Shown here one piece after another: positions 22,201 to 33,152 of a stretch of 64,000 nt of DNA. The notes beneath the pieces were generated by a model, which was given only the letters and a program-made list of their open reading frames with translations, made no database searches and was not told where the DNA came from. Both the position numbers and the translations under genes were made by a program. The stretch spans positions 2,542,001 to 2,606,000 of the forward strand of contig CATNEN010000007.1 of the NCBI GenBank assembly GCA_950097015.1, given 5' to 3'. This DNA is from Macrostomum hystrix (taxonomy: Eukaryota; Animalia; Platyhelminthes). The stretch's first letter is position 1. Every line of letters starts with the position of its first letter.

Positions 22201-25200
22201 GACCGGCTACCTGTTTCTGACCCCAAATACATGTTTCTGACCCCAATACCTGTATATGACTACAGTACCGATCTGTGACCCCCAATCCATCACTCACCTG
22301 TCCAATGCACAGCTGAGGTCGGAGGCCCTGAAACTGCTTGTCGGCCAGGCCTTCGCTGACAAGCATTCTGGCGGTTCTCCTGGTGCTGGCAAACACAAGC
22401 GCCCTCGACTTGTCGCCCAAACGTCGCAGCTCGTTGTGCAAAGCTGTCAGCCGCTGGCTGATGTCCGTCTGCCAGCCTGCGGCTTGACGAGACGCCAGCC
22501 AGCCAGACAGCAGCTTGGCAAGGTTCGGCAGCTCCCGCTGCAGCAGCGTCACAGCGAAGCTCAGGCCAAGAGTGCGGGCGATGTCAATCTGGGATAATTG
22601 GGAGAGCACATGCAACCTAACTTTATTCCCATTCTCCTGTATCACATATTTTTATGCGATTAGCACATCCCAGACTATCGAATCCCATTCTGACACGTCA
22701 CAGACTCCTAAATCCCACTTTTAAAAATCCAAAAATCTAAAAATCCGATTCCTACTCATCTCATACATTTGGAGATCCCACTCTCAGGCAAGCCATACAG
22801 TGAGATCTCATTCTGAGGCATCCCATGCAGTGAGATCCCATTCCTAGGCAACCCATACAGTGAGATCCCATTCTGAGGCAACCCATGCAGTGAGATCTCA
22901 TTCTGAGGCAACCCATACAGTGAGATCCCATTCTGAGGCAACCCATGCAGTGAGATCTCATTCTGAGGCATCCCATGCAGTGAGATCCCATTCTGAGGCA
23001 ACCTATGCAGTGAGATCCCATTCTGAGGCATCCCATGCAGTGAGATCCCATTATTAGGCAACCCATACAGTGAGATCCCATTCTTAGGCAACCCATACAG
23101 TGAGACCCCATTCGCACGCACCACGTCCATCAGCGCCATCAGCTCCCTGAGCCGGTCGGCAGTAGGTCCGTAGCCGCTGTGCAGCGGACTAGACTTCAGC
23201 GCTCTCAGGTGTCCCAGCACATACCCGAAGCTCCTAATCATTGCCGGTGTGTCCGCCAGCCAGGCACCGAGTCCGCCACCACCCGCTCGGATGTCTATGG
23301 CGCTTAAACGATCAACTAGCAGCCGCCTAGCCTCGTCCAGGAAGTTTTCCAGCACAGCCGATCGCGCCACCGGAACCTCCAGCACCGTGGGCGTCTGGGC
23401 CCTGGCCTCAGCCGGCCGAAATATCCCAGTGCCCGGCGGGAACCTGGCCAAGTAGCGCCTCAGCCGCTCCTCCCCGCTGTCAATGTCGCGCAGCTCGATT
23501 GGAGAGGCCGTCAGACCAAGGAGGCGAGGGCGGGCGCTGTCGGGCAGCAGGTTCAGCAAATCCAGCACCTTACAGGCGAGAAACAGGCAGGATTTAGTGT
23601 GACCTTCTGACTTTGTTCAGCTCATTGACTCCCACAGTCTATCAGCTGCAGTCCCACAGTCTATCAGCTGCAGTCCCACAGTCTATCAGCTGCAGTCCCA
23701 CAGTCTATCAGCTGCAGTCCCACAGTCTATCAGCTGCAGTCCCACAGTCTATCAGCTGCAGTCCCACAGTCTATCAGCTGCAGTCCCACAGTCTATCAGC
23801 TGCAGTCCCACAGTCTATCAGCTGCAGTCCCACAGTCTATCAGCTGCAGTCCCACAGTCTATCAGCTGCAGTCCCACAGTCTATCAGCTGCAGTCCCACT
23901 GCCCAACTGCTAAATGTGCAGCACCAGTGAGAAGTTGTGCCCGCCAGTGCCAGCGTGGTGACACTCGTCCAGCACGATGCAGGAGAAGGCCGTGAGGTCC
24001 ATGTCCCGCTTTTCCCGCACTCGGGACAACAGAAGGCCGGCGGTGGCCACAAGTAGGTCGTGAGAGCCTTCGCGAAGTCGACGAACGCTTATGTCCGTGG
24101 CATTTTCACCGCACAGGGCCGCGACACGTAGGCCTGTGTCAGACTGAGGCAGGTAGGTGAGTGGAGAATCAGAATCTAGTGCCAGCCAATCAGAATCTAG
24201 TGCCAGCCAATCAGAATCTAGTGCCAGCCAATCAGAATATAGTGACAACGAATCAATCGTGCCAGCCAATCAGCCAATGATTCAGTGACAGGCAAACAGA
24301 ACTAGAGACAGCCAATCAGAACCAGAGACAGCTAATCAGAACCCAGAGACAGCTAATCAGGATACAGTGACAGCCAATCATACCATAGTGACAGCTAGAA
24401 CCCAGTGACGCCTCCTCACCTCTAGCGACCTGGCCTGCTGGAACACCAAAGGCACCCGTTCAACCAGCAGGACGCCCATGAGGTGCGGGTTGAGGCGCCG
24501 CATTCGGGCTAGCAGGAGGGCGGCAACAAGGGTCTTGCCCGAGCCCGTAGGCATCACCAGAACCAGATCGCGTTGAAGTGCTTCAGCAAAGGCCTCCAAT
24601 TGGTAGCGTCGGGGCTGGCGCCTGTGCCGGTGTCGGCAACGCTGCCGGTTGCCACTGAAGTCATCGTCGGTCAGCAGTAGGTCGCGCCATTCAAAATCGC
24701 CTGGCCGATCGATGCTGGCGAACTTAATAGGACCAGCTCCGCCGACCGCTACTGGCTGGGCAGCTGACTCGGCTGCGCCTGATTGGACGCTGCAGGAACA
24801 TAGGACAATTGCGCAGTTTGAAGCGGATAGATCGAGTGGACAGTGAGGAGGTGGGGGATAAAGGAAAAGGAGCGGAGAAAAGGATGGAGCGGAGAGGAAG
24901 GTGGAGAGGAAGGTGGAGCGGAGAGGAAGATGGAGAGGAAGGTGGAGTGGAGAGGAAGGTGGAGCGGAGAAGAAGGTGGAGAGGAGAGGAAGGTGGAGCG
25001 GAGAGGAAGGTGGAGAGGAGAGGAAGGTGGAGAAGAGAAAAAGGTGGAGAGGAGAGGAAGGTGGAGCGGAGAGGAAGGTGGAGAGGAGAGGAAGGTGGAG
25101 CGGAGAGGAAGGTGGAGAGGAGAGGGAGGTGGAGGTGGAGAGGAAGGTGGAGCGGAGAGGAAGGTGGAGAGGAGATGAAGGTGGAGCGGAGAGGAAGGTG

Positions 25201-25816
25201 GAGAGGAGAGGAAGGTGGAGAGGAGAGGGAGGTGGAGAGGAGAGGGAGGTGGTGGTGGAGAGGAAGGTGGAGCGGAGAGGAAGGTGGAGAGGAGAAGAAG
25301 GTGGAGCGGTGAGGAAGGTGGAGCGGAGATCATTAAATAGATAGATCAGAAGACATTTCTCATTTGATTGACATGTTGTGCATCTCTGATATAATGGGCT
25401 GCATTGATTAGAATGCCAAAAATAAAACAAAAATTTTTGTAATCCACTGACTTGTGAGCAAAGAACTGCTGGGTATCGCGCCTTTCAATCTCCATCAGTC
25501 GGTTGACAAGTTGGTGAGGCTTTTCCTTGCGACCGAATCGCTTCCCTAGCAGAACAATTTTGTCCAGGCCGAATGCGACAAAGCTGACCCCATTGGGCCC
25601 ATATGGAAGCTCTTTGCCAAGAACAGCTTTGCACACAGCGCAGACAACATTCTGAACGCCACGTTTATCGCCTGCCTCAGAGTGAAGACCATTGCGTGCA
25701 AACACGAGTTCCCTGAGCTCTGGCTTCAGTGCCAAGTGGGTAGAATTGGATTGAAAGAAGAACAGTTCCCGCAGTTCTACTAATTGAGCCCCACACCTGG
25801 GATTACCACATTGCAT
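6601..25816 (-). CDS. Multidomain RNA-silencing protein: RLR-CTD-like Zn domain + DExH helicase + RNA-dependent RNA polymerase + Cid1/TUTase-like nucleotidyltransferase + C-terminal unknown domains
   Basis: Exons: 25816-25452, 24789-24420, 24143-23925, 23568-23122, 22588-22298, 21888-21523, 21084-20214, 19615-18852, 17569-17386, 17305-17149, 16863-16593, 16326-16117, 15992-15855, 14866-14477, 13419-13001, 11822-10022, 9935-9369 (or read-through to the stop at 9258), and 7203-6601. All junctions are GT-AG with matching phase. Total 8433 nt (2810 aa), or 7941 nt (2646 aa) for the short form. Confidence 0.85.
8049..8786 (-). CDS. Secreted PAN/apple domain + C-type lectin protein, intronless, 245 aa
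   Basis: Hydrophobic N-terminus ([18 protein letters not shown]), PAN-type CASLC...DCQAFSV...CQL, then CTLD features [20 protein letters not shown] and a terminal EC. Confidence 0.8.
   Translation of the reverse strand: MVAKALVIVVYLTKALLAYSNIFNEVPGLLCLRPQFIVTRLSSRSDLECASLCDGTTDCQAFSVADGPCQLFVFNRCSKYVRDCSCTRIKQVFVKQQSGLPAGTLCPAGFADDFCGTKYKLYSDLKNWNLAKTSIDSLPGLTTMADVTDSAELAHIRGILARIDSLSALLGGTQLPGSAEPAGGWYWVSCNSSIDSRLWSFWQPDNSGGGENYATMWSSAPELNDGMLTSNEYKGAMAECVSPFT
9947..11822 (-). CDS. Exon encoding the RdRP C-terminus plus a Pol-beta-superfamily nucleotidyltransferase (Cid1/TUTase/TRF4-like)
   Basis: RdRP tail RAKAAAWY, then [18 protein letters not shown] (GS..DxD at 11336-11383), third Asp in ACDISMN (11135-11137), [14 protein letters not shown] and a FYALALHCL helix. 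The coding exon ends at the donor 10022/10021. Confidence 0.85.
11991..12725 (-). mobile_element. Tandem tRNA-derived SINEs: one 5'-truncated copy, one full copy and a duplicated head
   Basis: A-box-like GTGGCAGAGCGGTT, B-box-like AGTTCGATTCC and an (ATT)n tail. The same body recurs at 29875, 38790, 40292 and 42880. Confidence 0.85.
13001..19615 (-). CDS. Eukaryotic (QDE-1/RDR/RRF-type) RNA-dependent RNA polymerase domain, exons 8-15
   Basis: Motifs [64 protein letters not shown], catalytic SGGDLDGD (DLDGD at 14783-14797), [15 protein letters not shown] and LGHLYR. Confidence 0.97.
13560..14460. repeat. 20-bp intronic tandem repeat (CAGATCCCACATAACACACC)
   Basis: Visible array filling the RdRP intron 13420-14476. 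Confidence 0.95.
14905..15830. repeat. ~23-bp intronic tandem repeat (GAACTCAAGCTGAGGATCTGTGT)
   Basis: Visible array filling the RdRP intron 14867-15854. Confidence 0.95.
18024..18466. repeat. Inverted repeat with ~103-bp arms (18024-18127 and 18364-18466) in an RdRP intron
   Basis: Arms compared by eye show about 9 mismatches. A degenerate single copy lies near 35168-35250. Confidence 0.9.
19790..20205. repeat. ~29-bp tandem repeat (GAGTGAGCTCAGCAACACAAACGGAGCCA) abutting an exon donor
   Basis: Visible array in intron 19616-20213. Confidence 0.9.
21523..24789 (-). CDS. RIG-I/Dicer-type SF2 DExH helicase domain, exons 2-6
   Basis: Q motif PRRYQLE, Walker A MPTGSGKT (24531-24554), Ia PLVFQQ, DECHH (DECH at 23958-23969), [30 protein letters not shown] and VI QSRGRAR. 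Confidence 0.95.
21940..25330. repeat. Five separate intronic minisatellites in the helicase region
   Basis: 21940-22180 (TGTCACTCTGACCACAATG), 22770-23110 (30-bp GTGAGATCCCATTCTGAGGCAACCCATGCA), 23630-23900 (CAGTCCCACAGTCTATCAGCTG), 24165-24390 (GCCAATCAGAA-based) and 24850-25330 (GGAAGGTGGAGAGGAGA-type). Confidence 0.9.
25452..25816 (-). CDS. First coding exon: Zn-binding domain resembling the RIG-I-like receptor C-terminal domain (Yippee/Mis18 fold)
   Basis: MQCGNPRC...THLAL...[16 protein letters not shown]...FVAF follows the CxxC..H..CxxC..G..Y spacing of the RLR CTD. The ATG has GCC context and an in-frame upstream TAG. Confidence 0.65.
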
Positions 25817-27029
25817 GGCTTCAGCTTTTGGCTAGGAGTGATTGTTGGCACAGATTTCCCTGAAAAAAAGATTTGCTTATTTTATTACAAAAAAAGTTTT
25901 TTTCGTTGTATCAGAAATTAAATATTCATTATTAACTATTTTAGCATTATAAGACTCTATATTGTGCGGGAAATATATAGAGAATTTACCAGCTTGCAAA
26001 AAATAACTCCTTTACTGGAGCAAGTGAGAAAAGCTATTTTTATTTTGTTTGTTTCAAGTTTAAATAAGCTCGAAAAAAAATTAACAAATCGCGGCAAAGG
26101 TGAGACGACAGGAGCGCGGGGGCTTAAAACGAGCCGGGCAGCCAGCCACCCCACGCCCCCCCGCCTCCAGAGTACATGCACGCATGCACAAAGTGCCACC
26201 CCCGGTGTGTCTAACACACCTTACTCAGAGAGTAACGAACGCATTAGACTAGTTGAGTTAGCAGCCAGTTAGCTGTATAGTCGGGTATATCTATTAAGAC
26301 TATATTCCAAAATACATCTGTACAATTAGGGACGAGTAATTTTTTGTTATTACTTAAACTAAAAAAAATTATAGATATACTTAATTCATTTTACTTTAAC
26401 TATTTGGTTTTTAATAAAAATGAACAATCAATTTAACAGCTTAATTTTATAAACAGTAAAGATTCAATGGTTCCACATGACCTTGTAATGCTAAGTAATT
26501 TCTAAAGATCTAATCATGAGCATCAATGTGAAAATTAATATCACTGAAAAAACTTCCTTTTTAAACAAAATTTTAGTCTGATAATAACTCTGGGGATTCT
26601 GAAATGTAGCAGAAAAACCTACAACTGTAAGACATTTAAATCAGACTAATTATTCCCAATTACAATATTTAGTGACCAAAACTTTCTACACTCTAAAAAA
26701 ACAAGATAAGTTGTTTATAAACTTAACTTAGCATTACATCTATACATTTTACTATTTCAAATCATCTCCTGTGGCCACTTATAAATAGCACTGTTACTAC
26801 TTTGATTAACTTATTTCACTAATGAGTATAACAGGTTTACAATACAATAATCTCAAATACTCCCATATTTCTTCACTACAGTGCTAATAATAGTCTAATT
26901 TTTTTGTTTGTGGAAAGGCTAATTTTCTTTCTTATGGTGACATAGTCAAGATGCTTTATTATAATTTATAATAAGGATTAATTCAGTTGAGCCAACTGTC
27001 GTACGGCGTCGAATTGCACTGAATTATAT

Positions 27030-27082
27030 ATATATAATATATAATATAATATAATATATAATATATATATATATATATATAT
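27030..27082. repeat. AT microsatellite in an AT-rich intergenic region
   Basis: (ATATA)n/(AT)n run. Confidence 0.9.
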
Positions 27083-27916
27083 AACGGCTAGTGTTTATCA
27101 CAACGCAAAACTTTGACAGTATACACGAGCTATAAGAACTGACTTCCCATGTGCTGAAAGGTACGAAACGAAAATTGTATCGTAGAAAATGAGATTTTCA
27201 AAAGTTTCCATTTTCGCTTTCGTGTAAAAGATTAACAAATATATTTTCTGTTTATCTAGAGAAAAAACTTTATGACTTTTTAAGAAGCTAATGCAAGATG
27301 AATTGCTAACGCCTTATGAATAGCGTTTGGTTGCTTGTTATTCAAAATAAGTTGATAAATTTACGGCCGGCCGTGAAATACATTTCCCCAATGTATATTA
27401 ATTAATTAATGCTTAATTACGAAATGAAAATATATATAAGGTTACACTGATTCCACTAGTCAGTGGTTTATTAAATTTCAGACTTTTGACTTCAGGGCTA
27501 ATGCTCGGAATGTAAGTAGTTTATTGAAAAAAAATGACACAAAATCATAATCATTACAAAATAAAAGTATTGTACATGTAAATAAAAGCTAGTAAAAGCC
27601 AGTATGTATATAAGTCTCAGTTTATGTCAGACATGTTTAATGTCTTAATTGTTATCTCAGTTAAACAAGAACAGAAAATTCAACAAAAAACATATGTAAA
27701 AAGTTTCTGTTTAATACCATCGGAATGCGACAAAGCAGATCCAGTTTGATCCGTTTGGAATATTATTACAAATAATATTAGGACTTTACAGGATTTTAAA
27801 TATTTAAATAACTTACCTTGTCGCCGCCTCACCTTCCACCAATCCTTCCACATAGGTGATTGTGAATCATGAGGTAAATTCATATGATACAGGACATGTT
27901 GATTCACCCAACTCAC

Positions 27917-29170
27917 CCATCTCGCAGACAATATCGAATAAGGAATAATTGGTGTACAGACTAGGAAACCACGGGGTTCCTTTAAGATAGAACTGATTAT
28001 TCGATGCGAACTCCACCAGGGCCTGGTATTTGCTGTCGCTGCCGATTAGCAGGATGCGTCGACTGCTGCAGCTGCGCCCGGCTTCAGCGCACGTGAAACG
28101 AAATGTGGCGCACTGGAGGAACCAATCAGATAAGTGCGATGGCCACAGATATAGAACTATGCTTCCATTCAGTGCTACCATGCACAGATAGCTTTCAGGA
28201 TTGACATGGGACTGAAGCGACACAGAGTCTGGATCACCGTTCAGACTTGGCTGTTCCACGAGCAGAATGCTGGACGACTTCAGTGTCGCCGAAGTCTGGC
28301 ACGGCTGGTTTGGCTGACACGTCACGTACCGGCCTCCTAACGAAACTTGCAAGCGGAGCTGCGACGACGGGCACTGACTCTTGACTGCAAGATAAAAAGA
28401 GACAAAAATGACCAACAAATTTAGTCAAAGCAAAAGTGCATTGAGGCCTATTCTTAAGGACTGCTTAATTAAGTTCACTTTTTATCAAAACTCTAAACTG
28501 ATCGTTGATTTCGAAGTGTTCATTTATAAAAGCCCAACCGTAAAGCATCGAAAGAACTGCGACACAGTAGCCGAGATAAACCTACACGGGGCACAGAGGA
28601 AGGAGAGTGCAGAGTCACTTCGAAGAAGGTCGTCTGGTGAGCTGAAATCGGAACTACGAAGGTAATAGGCCGAGTGCCTCAGTCTGGATGAAGCAAATTC
28701 GTTCGGGCTGATGCGCCAGTGGTTGCAGAACTCCGACACCTCAATTCTGAAGCTTGCGCGTTGATTGGAGCTTGGAGATGCTGTAAGGTACAGATAGTTG
28801 TCGGAGTCCAAATACAGGTAATATCCCGGTCGCTGGCTGTCAACTATTGACACAGATCCGGCTGTTCCATCCAGAGGATTTCGGAAAGACATCTGCAGTC
28901 GAGGGTCGCTGATGGACTGAGAGATCCTCACTTTATTGCTGGCGACGTAAGTCCAAAAGTGGTTTGAGTATGGTCCATAGGGAATGATGAGGAAGCTGCT
29001 GCAGCTGATGTTCTGAGCTGACACTGGAAATAGAGTTTCATGTTTACTTTTCGATTTTTCAGTTTTAATATAACGATATTTTGGGTTTTGAATGAAATAG
29101 TCTTACCAGGCACGGAACAAATTAATATAATTATTAGAACTTTAATTACGCCAACAGAAAGCGAATGCAT
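27917..29170 (-). CDS. Secreted protein with two AbfB/CBM42-like beta-trefoil domains, copy 1 (3' end unresolved)
   Basis: Exons 29170-29107 (signal peptide MHSLSVGVIKVLIIILICSVP), 29023-28586 and 28384-27917, all phase 1. Repeats PLDGTAGSVSI..RPGYYL, RLRHSAYYLR..LLRSDSALSF and PSLNGDPDSVSLQSHVNPESYL..LQCATF resemble AbfB subdomains. Confidence 0.7.
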
Positions 29171-29874
29171 TGTGAGATCACAAGGTTGAGTTGGTTCCTG
29201 TCAGACTTGACGTCTTTCTTGCTGTTTTAATTTGAAAGGCGGATCTGTCAGCATCATATAAGCAGCCTATTGGAGGAGAGAGGCCGCTGAGTTCTTTTTC
29301 ACCCGTGTCAAAGGCTGCTCAAATGCTGTTAGAGGCGATTGTGTCTTGTTGGCTTTGCCGCTCGGTTGTTACATGTAAGTATCAGACAACAGCAGCTCTG
29401 CAGTGTCTTCAGTTTCCGGGTGAGCAAGATGTCTCCAATGGTCTCTTGGTCTCTTTTTTTCAGAATCAATTTGTTTTTTTTTACTTTCTTCTAGAACAAT
29501 AACAAAAGCGACGGCTTTTGATCTACTCGCAGCTTTAAAATAATGCAATGCTACAAGTGCGACGACTTAATGCTGTTGAGTAGAAGGGGGCTCTCAGAAA
29601 GTTACTCTCATTGTTACGCATTCGACTCAGCAGATGTGATCTGTATTTCCCAGAGGGATTCAAGACAGGCAACACGGGCTAAAGAGAAGGCCTTTAAAAG
29701 TTCTACAGAAGAGCAGAGAATCAATTTCAGCTAAGTCCTCTGGCTTTATCAGCTGTTCTCTTCTGTTTTCAGAGGAAACACTGTGGAGACAAATTCACGC
29801 TCGACGTTTTTGGCAGGACAACAAAGGTCAATTAAATCGATTGCACTTGTGAGCCCAACACTAAACATTGGGGG

Positions 29875-30065
29875 TGGCTGAGCGGTTAACGTGTTTGCCT
29901 CTCGCGCTCGATCCGTGGCTCGATTCCGTGGCGAGGCCACATTCATTTGGGCGCAGCCGCGGAGAGAAGGCTTGGAGGCTTGTCGCGCAGTTGACGCCCT
30001 TGAGGGCCAACCTCCAAGGCACAGTGAAATGTACACTGCCTGACGATGAGAAAGTCAGGGCAGAT
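29875..30065 (+). mobile_element. tRNA-derived SINE copy, partial
   Basis: Head and body match the SINE at 12308-12665. Further fragments on the opposite strand lie near 30160-30330 and 30700-30790. Confidence 0.8.
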
Positions 30066-30529
30066 CGTATACTCGTACAATGAGTATACGCAGTGGTTTG
30101 TCCAAACTAAAACTACTTCAAGTAGTAATTGCAGATAATTCGGATATTCAAAGCTTAATAATAATGAAAATACTAGCAGGTGAGCTGTGAGCACGGGCAC
30201 ATTTTTTGCGATAGAACTGCAGACAACGAGAGGAAATTCAGCCCGCGCACGCACACAGATCGATAAGCGCGCAGGCACACACAGGCACGTACATGCGACC
30301 TTAATTTTAGTCATAAGGCAGTGTACACTCTTCTCATTTGCGAACTTGCGAACGATCTCCAGCTCCTGGACATGGTGGGGGTGGGGAGAGCTTGCGTTAT
30401 GATAGGCGAGCTGAAATTGGCTTTTTTGGGATCTTACTAAGCACTCTGTTTACACAGTTATATTGCTGTCTTTAGAGAATAATTATCTTAGTTATCCCTC
30501 ATTAGAATTATCATAATACTACCCGGCTA

Positions 30530-30690
30530 CCTGGATTCGAATCTACAGACTCTAATGAATTCTAATCTACAGACTCCACTGGATTCTAATCTACGGACTC
30601 CACTGGATTCTAATCTACAGACCCCACTGGATTCTAATCTACAGATTCCATAGGATTCTAATCTACAGATTCCATAGGATTCTAATCTAG
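30530..30690. repeat. 24-bp tandem repeat (GATTCTAATCTACAGACTCCACTG)
   Basis: About 6 units visible. Confidence 0.85.
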
Positions 30691-30989
30691 ACTGTACAAC
30701 AACACCCCAAGCCTTCTCTCCGCCCTGCAGCCTCACAAATGAATGTGGTCTCGCCGCGTGTCTCAGATCCCATCACCTTGGCGAACCTCTTTCCCATCTG
30801 ACGCGCAATACGAACACTGAAATTCGCGAAATCTCGCAAATATCTGGTAATATAAACCCAACAACAACCCCAACAGCAACAAAACAAAGGACTGCCTCCG
30901 CTAGCCCCATAGTGGCCAGAAAGGGGGGAGAAGTCAGAGAGCCCGTCTCTGGGCCAACGACCTCAAAAAGTCACATCCGCCAGTTTGTC

Positions 30990-31600
30990 CGGGGTAGCAG
31001 CATTACTCAGAAGCCGGTCAGGGAATCTCGCCGTTCGTCCTGGCCTCGCTTGCGCGGTCCCTGCAGCTTGAGCAGCAGCACCTCGAGTAGCGGCTCAGGG
31101 CAGCGGGCATCCGACCGCATGACGTGGCTAGCCAGCAGCGTCGGGCGCGCCCTTTTTGTAGAGCGCGGCATTGGTCTTGCTGCGTGGGCCGCTTGACACC
31201 TCGAACACCGCACGCAGCATGGCCGCATGCGCTGCGTCCAGCTGCCTTTCAAAGGCGTCCGTCAGGGTCCATGTCTCGGCGTTATGCAGCAACACAGTCT
31301 CGACGACTGCTCGAAACAGCCGAGCCATGAGCCCATCGTCCAGGGCCTTAGATTGGAGCACGGATCGCACGTTGCGAAACGCGGCAAGGTCGTTGGCAAC
31401 GTCCTGCGCAAGGCCGCCGAGATTCAAAAACCGCTGACAGCAGGTAAGCCTGATTGCATCCCCGACTGCGTCTCGGTAATTTTTCTCGGTCGGCAGGTCA
31501 GAACGCACCGGGAAGACGACCGTCTTCCGCGCGTTCGGCAATGAGGCCGACCGGCGATGCTGCCGCCGCCAGGTCATCCAGCAGCAGAAATCCAAATCAA
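30990..31600 (-). mobile_element. Degenerate non-LTR retrotransposon (RTE-like LINE) 3' fragment
   Basis: LFRAVVETVLLHNAETWTLT..LDAAHAAMLR..TNAALY, then HVMR..PEPLLEVLL..PRKRG in another frame. This is the typical region downstream of a LINE RT, here frameshifted. Confidence 0.75.
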
Positions 31601-31959
31601 ATCGCGTGGATTTCTAAAGAAGATACTTGCCACTTTTAAACGGCACCAAACTTGCGTCAATTCGACATTTATATAAAACAGCAAATAACAGAATCAGTAT
31701 TGCTGTTGCAATACACTATTGTTGTTCTTAACCTGAAGTACATAAAATTCACACAACAGTGCATTTTGCACTAATATTGGTGTCTCAGTGCCAAAAACTG
31801 TAAAAGTTGACAACTACCAGTAAAACCATATAACAGCATGGAAAATATGAAGACAAAAAACTCACGAAAACTGACCGGACGTCAGATTATAATTTAACAT
31901 CGACTGAATGAAGCGGTTACTTGAAAAATGCTCGAATAATTTATTTATATATAACTCAC

Positions 31960-33152
31960 CCGGCTCGCAGTGAATATGGAAAACCGGAAGTTTCGGTATA
32001 GGAGCTCGAATTCCACTGACTATATATCAGGTAGTATTTAGCGTTGTACAGGTATTCACACAGGGCCTGGTAGTTGTTGCCGCTGCCGATCAGCAGAATG
32101 CGCCGACTGCCGCAGTCGCTACCGGCTTCGGTGTATGTGAGGCAAAACGTGTCGCAGTTTTGAAACGCCGTAGTGGAGACCGTTTGCGAGAGGGATACAT
32201 ACATAGTGTGCTGTGTGCTCGCCATGCACAGATTGGAGTAGGACTGAAGCGACACAGAGTCTGGTTCTCCGTTCAGACTTGGCTGTTCCACGAGCAGAAT
32301 GCTGGACGACCTCAGTGTCGCCGAAGTCTGGCACGGCTGGCTTGGCTGACACGTCACGTACCGGCCTCCCAAGGAAACTACTTGCAAGCGGAGCTGCGAC
32401 GACGGGCACTGACTCTTGACTGCAAGAGTCACGAAGTTTCTAGACAATTTTTGTTCCTAGAGTACGTACGTCATATTGTCCAGCTCACACACTGCTCATG
32501 TGAGTTCAGTTTCGGTTGAAGACAACAGTGAATAGATTTTTCTATTGTTTAAAAAGTTAAACTTGAAAAGACTTGAAAACAGCCCAGAAAATACCTACAC
32601 GGGGCACAGAGGAAGGAGAGTGCAGAGTCACTTCGAAGAAGGTCGTCTGGTGAGCTGAAATCGGAACTACGAAGGTAATAGGCCGAGTGCCTCAGTCTGG
32701 ATGAAGCGAATTCGTTCGGGCTGATGCGCCAGTGGTTGCAGAACTCCGACACCTCAATTCTGAAGCTTGCGCGTTGATTGGAGCTTGGAGATGCTGTAAG
32801 GTACAGATAGTTGTCGGAGTCCAAATACAGGTAATATCTATGTCGCTGGCTGTCAGCTATTGACACGGATCCGGCTGTTCCATCCAGAGGATTTCGGAAA
32901 GACATCTGCAGTCGAGGGTCGCTGATGGACTGAGAGATCCTCACTTTATTGCTGGCCTCGTAAGTCCAAAAGTGGTTTGAGTATGGTCCATAGGGAATGA
33001 TGAGGAAGCTGCTGCAGCTGATGTTCTGAGCTGACACTGGAATGGATTTTGAGTTTACTTGTTTAATCCGCTACGACTCAAGAAGGAAGCGCTTGCTTAC
33101 CTGTGACAAAGCTGACTGACATCAGCGTGCCGACTATGGCGACAAGATGCAT
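31960..33152 (-). CDS. Secreted double AbfB/CBM42-like protein, copy 2 (possible frameshift near the exon 3 end)
   Basis: Exons 33152-33101 (MHLVAIVGTLMSVSFVT), 33036-32599 and 32419-~31960. An extra A in the run at 31980-31983 puts the conserved CEPG|GT donor out of frame. Confidence 0.65.
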
